From an uncultured Bacteroidota bacterium (GTDB taxonomy: Bacteria > Bacteroidota > Rhodothermia > Rhodothermales > UBA10348): DNA of 64,000 nucleotides. The stretch spans positions 6,069-70,068 of the forward strand of contig CALFHN010000085.1 in NCBI GenBank assembly GCA_937876355.1, written 5' to 3'. The position numbers were made by a program, and so were the translations under genes. The stretch's first letter is position 1. Each line of letters starts with the position of its first letter. Positions 38,820 to 47,529 of the stretch are shown here, piece by piece. The notes below the pieces were generated by a model, which searched no databases, was not told where the DNA came from, and was given only the letters and a program-made list of their open reading frames with translations.

Positions 38820-40775
38820 ATGCGCCGAATTATACTATTTTTCCTGCTTCTCGCGCCTTCAACCGCTTACGGACAAAACCTTGAGATCGGTAAGACGCTG
38901 ACTGGGTCACTAACCGCTGATTCTAAGGCGACGTATTCATTTTTAGCTCAAGAAAGCTACTTTGTATTCGGATACGTAGATCAGGTAACGGTCGATGTGG
39001 TGATCCGTGTTCTGGACCCCGACGGAAAAGAACTAGGGTCATTTGACAGTCCTGATCTGGGTCCAGAACCCTTTCAGATTACTCCTAAGAAGGCGGGCAT
39101 ATATACCGTTGAAGTCAGTTCCTTTGAGGGTGCGGAAGGCGAGTACGCCATTGTTCTAGTGATGTCGGAGCCAAAAGCGAAGGAGCCCAAAAAGCTGGTA
39201 GACCAGCTCATGACTCCGTTTTCGAGTAAAGACGGGCCCGGAGTATCTATTTCTGTCCTCAAAGACGGTAAAATCGTTTTCGCCAAAGGGTACGGCATGT
39301 CCAATCTGACCTACGACGTGCCTATGACCGAAAATTCAGGGATGAGTATTGCTTCGGTTTCCAAGCAGTTCACCGCCATGGCCATCATGTTGTTGGTGAA
39401 CGAGGGCAAGGTTTCTCTTGATGATGATGTACGCAAACACATACCTGAATTGAAAGATTTTGGCACACCGGTGTCGTTGCAGAATATGCTAAACCACACT
39501 TCCGGCTACCGAGAGATTCTAAATTTTTTGCCTATGGCTGGTTGGCAGTTTACCGACGCCATGGATCCGGAGGAACCAATCCACGTGATTGAACGCCAGG
39601 TAGCGCTTCAAAATGCCCCTGGATCGGAATACAATTACAACAATACTACGTTTATGCTCTTGGCAAGACTGGTGGAACGGGTTTCTGGTCAGTCTTGGAA
39701 GGATTTCATGACAGAGCGAATTTTTAAGCCTCTGAAAATGGATAACACCACCGTCAAAACGCGGCAGGGCCAGGTTATTCCGGGGAGTTCTCAAGGGTAT
39801 GCGTCCGCACCAGGAGGCGGATATGTCTATGTGACCGATTTTGCATCTGCATATGGGGCCAGCGGCGTGAATTCGACCGCGGTGGATATGACCAAATGGA
39901 TGCTGAATTACACGTCGAAAACCGTTGGTGGGGATGCCGCGATTACAGCGATAACCACCAGAGGCATTCTAACCAGTGGCGATTCTACGGGTTACGGCCT
40001 TGGGCTCAGCGTTCGCAAATGGCGGGGTCAGCAACTCTACACCCATACTGGAGGAGAAACTTCCCATCGTACGTTTTTTGGGTATATGCCCGACATCAAA
40101 TCGGGAATCTTCATGTCGAGTAACCACCCTGCATATGGCAATGGCATCTGGACTGACATCGCAGAGGCCTTTTTTGCGGAGTACTTAGAGCCGGAAAAGG
40201 AAGAGGTAGTCGAAGAAAAGGGCCCTGTCGCAGAGCCAACCGCTGCGCAGATGGATGCAATCGCCGGTCGGTACCAGTTAGTCGGAGCTCCATTACAAAT
40301 TGTATACACGATTGAAGAAGGCAAAATGTATGCCCAGGCTACCAACCAGCCTAGGTTTGAAGTAACCGCGACTAGCGACTCCACTTTTACTTTTGTAGGC
40401 GTGGCTGCATCGGTCACTTTTCACTATGAAAAAGACGGCTCTGTAAAGCGAGCCACTCACCATCAAGGACCGGATTCTCCAATGGAGAAGATTCCGGATG
40501 ATCCGATTACTCCTGAAAAACTGGTTGAATACGAAGGCACCTATTACAATGCTGAGCTGGAAACATCGTATACGCTTAAGGTGGAAGACGGAAAGTTGAT
40601 GGCCCATCATCGTTGGTACAAACCCTTTACGCTTACTCATACCTCCAAAGAGGGCTTTGCTGGAGGAATCTGGTTCGTAGGATCAATTGAATTTGATCGA
40701 GATCCTAGCGGGGCGGTTTCTGGCTTCATGGCGGGCAACGGGCGAACACGAGGCGTTTGGTTTCAGAAAAAATAG
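38820..40775 (+). CDS. secreted serine hydrolase (beta-lactamase/class C fold) with an N-terminal PPC-like beta-sandwich
   Basis: 651 aa with a signal peptide. The SxxK motif lies in IASVSKQFTAMAI. The N-terminal segment reads GKTLTGSLTADSKATYSF...AGIYTVEVSSFEGAEGEYAIVLV. Confidence 0.8.
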   Translation: MRRIILFFLLLAPSTAYGQNLEIGKTLTGSLTADSKATYSFLAQESYFVFGYVDQVTVDVVIRVLDPDGKELGSFDSPDLGPEPFQITPKKAGIYTVEVSSFEGAEGEYAIVLVMSEPKAKEPKKLVDQLMTPFSSKDGPGVSISVLKDGKIVFAKGYGMSNLTYDVPMTENSGMSIASVSKQFTAMAIMLLVNEGKVSLDDDVRKHIPELKDFGTPVSLQNMLNHTSGYREILNFLPMAGWQFTDAMDPEEPIHVIERQVALQNAPGSEYNYNNTTFMLLARLVERVSGQSWKDFMTERIFKPLKMDNTTVKTRQGQVIPGSSQGYASAPGGGYVYVTDFASAYGASGVNSTAVDMTKWMLNYTSKTVGGDAAITAITTRGILTSGDSTGYGLGLSVRKWRGQQLYTHTGGETSHRTFFGYMPDIKSGIFMSSNHPAYGNGIWTDIAEAFFAEYLEPEKEEVVEEKGPVAEPTAAQMDAIAGRYQLVGAPLQIVYTIEEGKMYAQATNQPRFEVTATSDSTFTFVGVAASVTFHYEKDGSVKRATHHQGPDSPMEKIPDDPITPEKLVEYEGTYYNAELETSYTLKVEDGKLMAHHRWYKPFTLTHTSKEGFAGGIWFVGSIEFDRDPSGAVSGFMAGNGRTRGVWFQKK

Positions 40776-40782
40776 GCGCCGC

Positions 40783-40849
40783 GGGGTTCGGGGTGTGGGG
40801 TTCGGGGTGTGGGGTTCGGGGTGTGGGGTTCGGGGTGTGGGGTTCGGGG
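40783..40849 (+). repeat. G-rich 14-bp tandem repeat (GGGGTTCGGGGTGT, about 4.8 copies)
   Basis: Perfect copies at 40783, 40797, 40811 and 40825, plus a partial copy at 40839-40849. This gives ten consecutive G4 runs and starts 8 nt after the stop codon of the hydrolase gene. Confidence 0.95.
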
Positions 40850-40956
40850 CCATAAATGGCGCGATACTTCTCGAAGACCAATTGGTGAATCTCCTCAACC
40901 TCATTTCTACCCTTATAGAGGCTGTTTTACGTGTTTTGCCATTTAATCATTTTGAG

Positions 40957-41072
40957 TGGCTGATGCAACTAGTGTCGCGATTCCTTCAATCATTGCGCAA
41001 TAGTGAACTTTTTGGCACTAAAACCCCCTTTGTTGGCGCGATTCTCAGGAGATTCAGGTAATTCGGCACAAG
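40957..41072 (+). repeat. distal array of about 5-6 forward TGGCGC-type sites (cassette 2)
   Basis: Sites start at 40957 (TGGCTG), 40973 (TGTCGCGAT), 40993 (TTGCGCAAT), 41013 (TGGCAC), 41034 (TGGCGCGAT) and 41064 (CGGCAC). Spacings are 16, 20, 20, 21 and 30 bp. A solitary copy, TGGCGCGATAC, sits at 40857. Confidence 0.65.
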
Positions 41073-41253
41073 AACCAGATCGCAAGATTGCCCAACTTAT
41101 TGGAAACGTATCAATCTTGTAGGAGGAGGAGGCCCTACCACAATCACAATCGTTCGCCAGGCAAGGCCTTGTCAACCCAAGTCACTCCAGCGCTGTTCAG
41201 GGCTGTTCAACTCAGCCCAACCCAGGGCGGTCAGGTCTGGGCTGGGCAAATAG

Positions 41254-41410
41254 TATCGCGCTTGGTTTTATCGCAAAGCGCCAAAAAGCAAACATATGGC
41301 GCCAAAACTTGGAGTATGGCGACATAGACAGGATGATAGCGCCTTCATTTACTCTCCCAAATGCCTCAGGAGTATCAAACGACGGGTTATTGGAGGTATC
41401 GCGCCAAATA
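41254..41410 (-). repeat. proximal array of 5+1 GCGCCA-type sites phased at about 20.5 bp (cassette 2)
   Basis: Sites end at 41263, 41283, 41304, 41324 and 41344, then 41406. Spacings are 20, 21, 20, 20 and 62 bp, the same 5 + gap + 1 layout as cassette 1. A palindromic TGGCGCCA lies at 41297. Confidence 0.8.
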
Positions 41411-41467
41411 GGGGTAAAACAACATCCCCTGTCCCCTATCCACTTCAAGGTCCGACCTTCGTTCAAC

Positions 41468-41917
41468 TCAGCAATCGGCACCCTTGAGCCCCCTAAGACC
41501 CCTGTGACCCCTGACACATCCTTCCTCTTGGCTGGGGTCGCGGCATTCAGAAGCCAGAAAAGCACGACGAATCATCCACGACACCGCCGCATGCATGTTT
41601 GGAAAACTGAACCGTGGTGCTATTCCCGACAATCTGTACTTTTCAAATTCTATACGTTCGCGTTCGTAACTAATTGAAATATCTACCAAATCTCGATGAG
41701 CACGATTGGAGATCAGGTAGGTAATGGAACGTGCGTTACCCAAACGTTCAAGAAGTCCAACTCCAACCAGTTTTTGAAGGTCTCGCTGAATTGTTCGCTT
41801 TGGGACTCCTCCATGTTCAAAATCAAACACATCCCAATAGATCACTTTGCTGGATATTGGCTGGTACGATCTCATTATGAGTTGAATAATTCGGATATGA
41901 CGTTCATGCGTTTTCAT
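41468..41917 (-). CDS. small winged-helix DNA-binding protein (cassette 2, paralog of 25637..26011)
   Basis: 149 aa. MKTHERHIRIIQLI...KRTIQRDLQKLVGVGLLERLGNARSITYLI...DISISYERERIEFEKY..GIAPRFSFPNM..SWMIRR aligns along its length with the cassette-1 protein, with roughly half the positions identical by eye. It has about 25 extra C-terminal residues. Confidence 0.7.
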   Translation of the reverse strand: MKTHERHIRIIQLIMRSYQPISSKVIYWDVFDFEHGGVPKRTIQRDLQKLVGVGLLERLGNARSITYLISNRAHRDLVDISISYERERIEFEKYRLSGIAPRFSFPNMHAAVSWMIRRAFLASECRDPSQEEGCVRGHRGLRGLKGADC

Positions 41918-41924
41918 AAACTTC

Positions 41925-41950
41925 CGACACGTCCCTGACCAAATTGTAAC
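41925..41950 (-). promoter_or_regulatory. conserved leader/promoter-proximal element upstream of the wHTH gene (cassette 2)
   Basis: CGACACGT lies 7 nt from the ATG and TGTAAC lies 20 bp further on, identical in spacing to 26019..26044. Confidence 0.35.
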
Positions 41951-41980
41951 CCTAATCGCACGTTGAATTAGAAGGAGCGA

Positions 41981-43303
41981 CTAGAGCGCCCACGTCACAA
42001 CCTGAGGCCACATTATTACAACCATTAAGGCTATCGCCTGGATGATGATAAAGGGAATCACTCCGCGGTAAATTTCGCCAGTGGTAATTTCCGGAGGTGC
42101 CACGCCGCGTAGGTAAAAGAGCGCAAAGCCAAACGGCGGAGTGAGAAAAGACATTTGGAGGTTCATTCCGAGCATCACCCCGAACCACACTAAATCAACT
42201 CCCAAAAGGGCGGCGGCTGGCACCAACAACGGAATCACAATAAAGGCGATCTCAAAGAAGTCGATAAAGAACCCGAGCAAGAACACGGTCAAGTTGGTAA
42301 CGATCAACAAACCAACCACGCCGCCAGGCAAGTTGGTCAACAAGTGCTCGATCCACAGATCTCCGTTCAATCCGCGAAACACCAACGCAAAGGCCGTGGA
42401 GCCGATCAACAGAAACAAGACCATCGACGTCAATCTGGTGGTGGCATCCATGGTCTCACGAAGTGCCTTCCAGGTCAGTCTGCGATTGAGCGCTGCGAGA
42501 CCCATCGCACCAATTGCGCCAAGCGCACCAGCCTCTGTAGGAGTCGCAATTCCTGCCAAAATGCTTCCTAAAACCAGCAAAATGAGGACCAGAGGCGGCA
42601 TCAAAACCAGCAGTACACGAACAAGTAGCGCCCTTCCAGTCAGGTTTCTGGCTTCTTTGGGCAGTGCTGGGGCCATTTTCGGCTTAAAAATTGCTATTCC
42701 GCCGCAATAAATCGCGTACATCCCCGCCAGCATGATGCCGGGTATTAAAGATCCAATAAAAAGATCGCCAACCGAAATCCCCATCTGATCGGCTAGAACG
42801 ATTAATACAACGGAAGGCGGGATGATCTGCCCAAGCGTTCCCGAAGCCATTATCACACCAGCCGATAATTCGTGCGAATACCCGTATCGAAGCATCACCG
42901 GTAGGGAGATGAGCCCCATAGCGACAACGCTTGCCCCCACGACTCCGGTAGCTGCGGCCAAAAGACCACCAACAAATACCACGGCTAATGCCAACCCGCC
43001 GCGCATGGGCCCAAAAATCTGACCAATCGTAGTCAACAGATCTTCTGCAAGTCGGGACTTCTCCAGCATCGTCCCCATAAAAATGAAAAAAGGCACCGCC
43101 AGGAGCACAAAATTGGACATGATGCCGAAGGTTCGGTCGGGAAGGGCCATTAACAGCGGCCAATCGAACATGCCGAGCTCTACCCCTAGGAATGCAAAAA
43201 TGAAGGCTGTACCACCGAGAGCAAAAGCGACCGGAAAACCAGTAAATATCAAGATTAAAGCCCCAACGAACATCAAAGGAGCAAGCCATTCTGCATCCAT
43301 CAA
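41981..43303 (-). CDS. dctM: TRAP transporter large permease subunit
   Basis: 440-aa polytopic membrane protein with DctM-like sequence (…LGVELGMFDWPLLMALPDRTFG…GTLGQIIPPSVVLIVLAD…). Its start overlaps the dctQ stop. Confidence 0.85.
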   Translation of the reverse strand: MMDAEWLAPLMFVGALILIFTGFPVAFALGGTAFIFAFLGVELGMFDWPLLMALPDRTFGIMSNFVLLAVPFFIFMGTMLEKSRLAEDLLTTIGQIFGPMRGGLALAVVFVGGLLAAATGVVGASVVAMGLISLPVMLRYGYSHELSAGVIMASGTLGQIIPPSVVLIVLADQMGISVGDLFIGSLIPGIMLAGMYAIYCGGIAIFKPKMAPALPKEARNLTGRALLVRVLLVLMPPLVLILLVLGSILAGIATPTEAGALGAIGAMGLAALNRRLTWKALRETMDATTRLTSMVLFLLIGSTAFALVFRGLNGDLWIEHLLTNLPGGVVGLLIVTNLTVFLLGFFIDFFEIAFIVIPLLVPAAALLGVDLVWFGVMLGMNLQMSFLTPPFGFALFYLRGVAPPEITTGEIYRGVIPFIIIQAIALMVVIMWPQVVTWAL

Positions 43304-43863
43304 GCGTTCCCTCCCACTGAATCAGCATCGGATTCAAAAGCCGTCTCCGCGCCCATGAGAATGGCCAAGTTTCGAAATAACATCGAAATACCCTGCACCA
43401 GAATCATCACAAAAGCGACCAAGAGTACCGTTTTAATCGGATACCGTGGTAGTCCACCGGGGTCCGGCGACACTTCAAGAACCGCCCAGGAATTGGCGAC
43501 GGCCGGCCAAGAAACCCAAAGCATCAACACACAAAACGGAATCAATAAAATGAGGGTACCCAATACGTTGATCCAGGCTTTCCCCTTAACACCCAACTTC
43601 GAGTACAGAATATCCACCCTAACATGGTCATCGTGTTTGAGGGTATACGAGGCGCCAAACAAGAAAAGAATGCTGAACAAGTACCACTGGAGTTCGAGGT
43701 ACATGTTGGAACTGATACCCATCCCCGTAAACTTGTCAGTGTAACGGACCACCGTATTAAACCCACCCACAACAACCATTGCGAGGGCGACCCAGTACAG
43801 CCACTTTCCGAATCGATCCTGAAATCGATCCAATGCATTGGCAATTTGAAGTAACTTGTTCAA
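43300..43863 (-). CDS. dctQ: TRAP transporter small permease subunit
   Basis: 187 aa with four hydrophobic segments, immediately upstream of and overlapping dctM. Confidence 0.75.
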   Translation of the reverse strand: MNKLLQIANALDRFQDRFGKWLYWVALAMVVVGGFNTVVRYTDKFTGMGISSNMYLELQWYLFSILFLFGASYTLKHDDHVRVDILYSKLGVKGKAWINVLGTLILLIPFCVLMLWVSWPAVANSWAVLEVSPDPGGLPRYPIKTVLLVAFVMILVQGISMLFRNLAILMGAETAFESDADSVGGNA

Positions 43864-43914
43864 GGTGTTGGGTTTAAAATCTAAGAGCTCGTGTTGGTGT
43901 GGTCTGGGACAACG

Positions 43915-45345
43915 CTATTGGAGTCTTCGAGGCCTGTCTGAGCCGGGTTCTCCGGGGTCGGCTCTGCCGCCCCCCCCTTCTTCTTTTTCTTCCCGGTCAA
44001 TATAACGGTCTAATCGTTTTTTAATATCTATTTCTTCGTCCCTAGACCGCCAGTAGGCTAATCGCTCTTGAATAGTCCTTTCGTACCCAACGTCACTTGG
44101 CTTGTAGAAATAGGTACCCTGCATATCTTCAGGCAGATATTGCTGTCCAACGTAGTGGTTTCGGTAGGCATGAGGATACAAATATCCCTCCCCGTGACTC
44201 AATCCCTTCGCATCTCGACTGCCGTCTTTTAGATGATTGGGGATTTCGCCAGTCTGTTCGTCTTCCACATATTTCAAGGCGTCGAAAAAGGTGTACGTTG
44301 AATTGCTTTTAGGGGCGGTGGCTAGATATAGGCAACACTCAGCAAGGTGGAATCGTCCCTCTGGCAACCCCACGTATTCAAAGGCCTGTGCGCAAGAAAC
44401 GGCCACTTGGAGCGCTCGTGGATCCGCCAATCCTATGTCTTCGGCTGCAAAAATCAGCATTCTCCTAATAATAAATCGTGGCTCTTCGCCCGCATACAAC
44501 ATTCTCCCCATCCAATACATCGAAGCGTCAGGATCCGAACCGCGTAGGCTTTTGATAAAAGCTGAAATGGTGTCGTAGTGCGTATCCCCTTCTTTGTCGT
44601 ATAAAACGGCCCGTTTTTGGATAGACTCCGCGGCCACTTCCAGCGTAACCGAATCTCCCTCCACCGTCGTTTCGACAGCCAATTCAAGCGCATTCAGAAG
44701 GGAGCGAGCATCTCCATTCGAGGTCGATACCAAATGCTCGAGAGCATCGTCATCCATTTGAACATTCCGGCGTCCATATCCCCTTTCAACATCACTCAAG
44801 GCGGCGCGCGCCACATCGGCCAAATCTTCCTGCGTCAAAGACTGCAATTCGAATATCCGAGACCTCGATACGAGGGCTTTGATCACTTCGAAATAGGGGT
44901 TTTCAGTGGTTGCCCCGATAAGCGTCACCGTCCCATTCTCTACATGCGGCAATAAAGCGTCTTGTTGAGACTTATTAAATCGGTGGACCTCATCGATAAA
45001 AAGAATCGTTCTTTGCTGATGGTGTTTGAGGCGATTTTCAGCGTCCAAAATGGCGGCTCGAATATCTTTTACGCCCGCCAAAACCGCGTTCATGGTAACA
45101 AAATGCGACCGCGTAGAACCAGCCACTATTCGAGCCAACGTGGTTTTTCCTGTTCCAGGAGGACCATACAGAATCATGGAAGTGATTCGGTCTGCTTCAA
45201 TAGAGCGCCGGAGCAGTCTTCCTTCTCCCAATATGTGCTGCTGACCAATATATTCATCGATTGTACGGGGACGCATCCTATCGGCAAGCGGAGCCCGTGA
45301 CGCTCGGAACGTACCAGCGGAGGCATCGAACAAATCATCGCTCAT
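43915..45345 (-). CDS. rarA: replication-associated recombination protein A (AAA+ ATPase RarA/MgsA)
   Basis: 476 aa. LADRMRPRTIDEYIGQQHILG, Walker A GPPGTGKTT, Walker B FIDEVHRFNKSQQD, and the MgsA C-terminal domain. A Lys/Glu/Gly-rich tail of about 40 aa follows. Confidence 0.9.
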   Translation of the reverse strand: MSDDLFDASAGTFRASRAPLADRMRPRTIDEYIGQQHILGEGRLLRRSIEADRITSMILYGPPGTGKTTLARIVAGSTRSHFVTMNAVLAGVKDIRAAILDAENRLKHHQQRTILFIDEVHRFNKSQQDALLPHVENGTVTLIGATTENPYFEVIKALVSRSRIFELQSLTQEDLADVARAALSDVERGYGRRNVQMDDDALEHLVSTSNGDARSLLNALELAVETTVEGDSVTLEVAAESIQKRAVLYDKEGDTHYDTISAFIKSLRGSDPDASMYWMGRMLYAGEEPRFIIRRMLIFAAEDIGLADPRALQVAVSCAQAFEYVGLPEGRFHLAECCLYLATAPKSNSTYTFFDALKYVEDEQTGEIPNHLKDGSRDAKGLSHGEGYLYPHAYRNHYVGQQYLPEDMQGTYFYKPSDVGYERTIQERLAYWRSRDEEIDIKKRLDRYIDREEKEEGGGGRADPGEPGSDRPRRLQ

Positions 45346-45989
45346 GTGGCAATTCCAAGTTTTGTAAGTTCCTGCACAACTCCTTCTGCAAACAAAGTAG
45401 CTCCGCCTTGAGATGGATGCCGAACATAAACAGCATCAACGTCAAGCATTGCTAAAGCTTTTTCGGCCTTACGACCTATAGCAATTACAGTGGTCGGAGA
45501 AAGTATTTGCAACATAGACCCCAATAAAGGAAGAAACTGTTTGATTTCAGACATCCGCGGCGTCCGAATCGAAAGCGGTTTGTCAGGAAAATGAGGATGA
45601 AAAGGAACCGTATTCCACGTCAAAATGTGATGATGATAAGCTTCCAGCGTTTTCCAATAAATAGAGGCGCTGTACTCTTTATGTGGACTGGCACTATTAC
45701 TTGACTGAATTCCATTCACTGGAAAAGTAGGATCTAACAATTGAAGTTCACTTGTTATTGGGACTCCTGAAAACCGGCAGCCCCACGGACCAGGAGCTTC
45801 GGCTAGTAAAAACACGCTCGGAGCAACATTTCGATCACAAAGATAGGCCTTCAGATTTTGTTGTCGAATAAGGTGGGCCCCAGGTACATCCAATGCCGGA
45901 TTTTCACTCGAATACGGGTTAAATAAATCTACAGTTGAAGGCTGACTAAACAGAATATTCGCAATCAACTGATTGAGTTCCAACAACAT
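45342..45989 (-). CDS. uracil-DNA glycosylase superfamily protein
   Basis: 215 aa. LLAEAPGPWGCRFSGVPITSE matches the GE(A)PG-type motif A, and VRHPSQGG matches the HPS motif B. The stop overlaps the rarA start (ATGA). Confidence 0.55.
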   Translation of the reverse strand: MLLELNQLIANILFSQPSTVDLFNPYSSENPALDVPGAHLIRQQNLKAYLCDRNVAPSVFLLAEAPGPWGCRFSGVPITSELQLLDPTFPVNGIQSSNSASPHKEYSASIYWKTLEAYHHHILTWNTVPFHPHFPDKPLSIRTPRMSEIKQFLPLLGSMLQILSPTTVIAIGRKAEKALAMLDVDAVYVRHPSQGGATLFAEGVVQELTKLGIAT

Positions 45990-46155
45990 GATGGGTGTAC
46001 AATGATTAACGATGTTAATGCGTGGTTGAAACTAGTAGATCATGCAGATCCGTCCAACTTTCTTCGTTGGCGAATTTTCATCGCAGAATAACTTTTAAGG
46101 GGTCAAAAAGCCTCGAAGGTCGTACGGTATTTCAAACTAAAGTTGCCTTTTTCTA

Positions 46156-47442
46156 GTGAATGTCATGGAACCAGCTCGATTATCAATTAATGGTCAGAAT
46201 GTAGAATTTGACGTAACTGTAGGTACGGAAAATGAGGTCGGTTTTGATATCCTCAAATTGCGGAGTGCTACCAAAGCTATCACTCTCGATCCCGGGTTTG
46301 CAAACACCGGTTCGTGCGAAAGTACCATCACGTACATAGACGGCGAGAAAGGCATTCTACGCTATCGGGGTTACACGATTGAAGATTTGGCGACGAAATC
46401 TACGTTCGTCGATGTAGCTCATCTGCTCGTTCGTGGCGAATTGCCAACAAAGGAGGAGCACGAAAAGTTTAATGAAGACCTAACTCATCATAGTCTTTTG
46501 CACGAAGACATGAAAAAGTTTTTCGAGTCCTATCCTGCAAATGCGCCGCCGATGAGCGTCTTGTCGACCATTGTGTCCTCGCTTCGTGCGTATTACCCCA
46601 ATTCAGAAAATGGAGAGGATTTTGATGTTAACATTATCCGCTTGCTAGCGAAGCTGAAAACTATTGCTGCGTTTTCCTACAAGAAATCCATCGGCCAGCC
46701 ATACGTCTACCCTCGTAACGATATGGGGTATGCTGCGGACTTCTTACATATGATGTTTGCGGTTCCATCGGAAGAATACGAACCCAACGATCTTCTCGTT
46801 AAGACGTTGGATATGCTGTTGATTCTGCACGCAGATCACGAACAAAATTGTTCGACCTCAACCGTACGAATGGTTGGAAGCTCAGGAGCAGACCTTTTTA
46901 CGTCCATATCGGCTGGCATTTCAGCTCTTTCAGGGCCACTTCATGGCGGAGCCAACACGGCCGTTATTGAAATGTTAGATATGATTCGAAAAGACGGCGG
47001 CGACTTTAAGAAATATGTAGACAAAGCCAAGGACAAAGATGACCCATTCCGTTTGATGGGATTTGGGCATCGTGTCTACAAAAACTTCGATCCACGAGCG
47101 CGCGTGATTAAATCCAACGCCGACGAAGTCTTAAATAAGCTTGGAATTAGCGATCCGTTATTGGATCTTGCTAAACAACTGGAGCGTATCGCGCTCGAAG
47201 ATGACTATTTTAAAGAAAGGGGCTTATATCCGAACGTGGATTTCTATTCGGGCATCCTCTATCGTGCGATGGGTATTCCAACAAACATGTTCACAGTCAT
47301 GTTTGCACTTGGAAGACTTCCAGGATGGATTGCCCAATGGGTTGAATTGAAAAATGACCCCGCAACTCGAATTTACCGTCCAAGGCAAATTTATACCGGG
47401 TACAATAAACGCTCGTTTGTCCCCTCGGGGGAACGCGCTTAG
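46156..47442 (+). CDS. gltA: citrate synthase
   Basis: 428 aa. HADHEQNCSTSTVR and GFGHRVYKNFDPRA signatures. The start is GTG at 46156, or the ATG three codons later. Confidence 0.92.
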   Translation: MNVMEPARLSINGQNVEFDVTVGTENEVGFDILKLRSATKAITLDPGFANTGSCESTITYIDGEKGILRYRGYTIEDLATKSTFVDVAHLLVRGELPTKEEHEKFNEDLTHHSLLHEDMKKFFESYPANAPPMSVLSTIVSSLRAYYPNSENGEDFDVNIIRLLAKLKTIAAFSYKKSIGQPYVYPRNDMGYAADFLHMMFAVPSEEYEPNDLLVKTLDMLLILHADHEQNCSTSTVRMVGSSGADLFTSISAGISALSGPLHGGANTAVIEMLDMIRKDGGDFKKYVDKAKDKDDPFRLMGFGHRVYKNFDPRARVIKSNADEVLNKLGISDPLLDLAKQLERIALEDDYFKERGLYPNVDFYSGILYRAMGIPTNMFTVMFALGRLPGWIAQWVELKNDPATRIYRPRQIYTGYNKRSFVPSGERA

Positions 47443-47529
47443 AAAACCGGACTAATAAAGTTAGCTGGAAACTAACCTTATTTATCCGTACTGTTTATCT
47501 AAAGATGGATCGTCCCAAGGAGGACTAAA

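Noticed and set aside
40683-41061. ORFs 40683..40904 (-) and 40687..41061 (+) with PNPTPRTP and GVRGVGFG repeats.
   Set aside because: Both are translations of the 14-bp G-rich tandem repeat and the adjacent non-coding cassette sequence. There is no coding signal.
42141-43337. 189-aa (+) and 217-aa (-, alternate frame) ORFs overlapping dctM.
   Set aside because: These are shadow ORFs inside a clearly recognisable TRAP permease gene, with Pro/Arg/Ser-rich nonsense composition.
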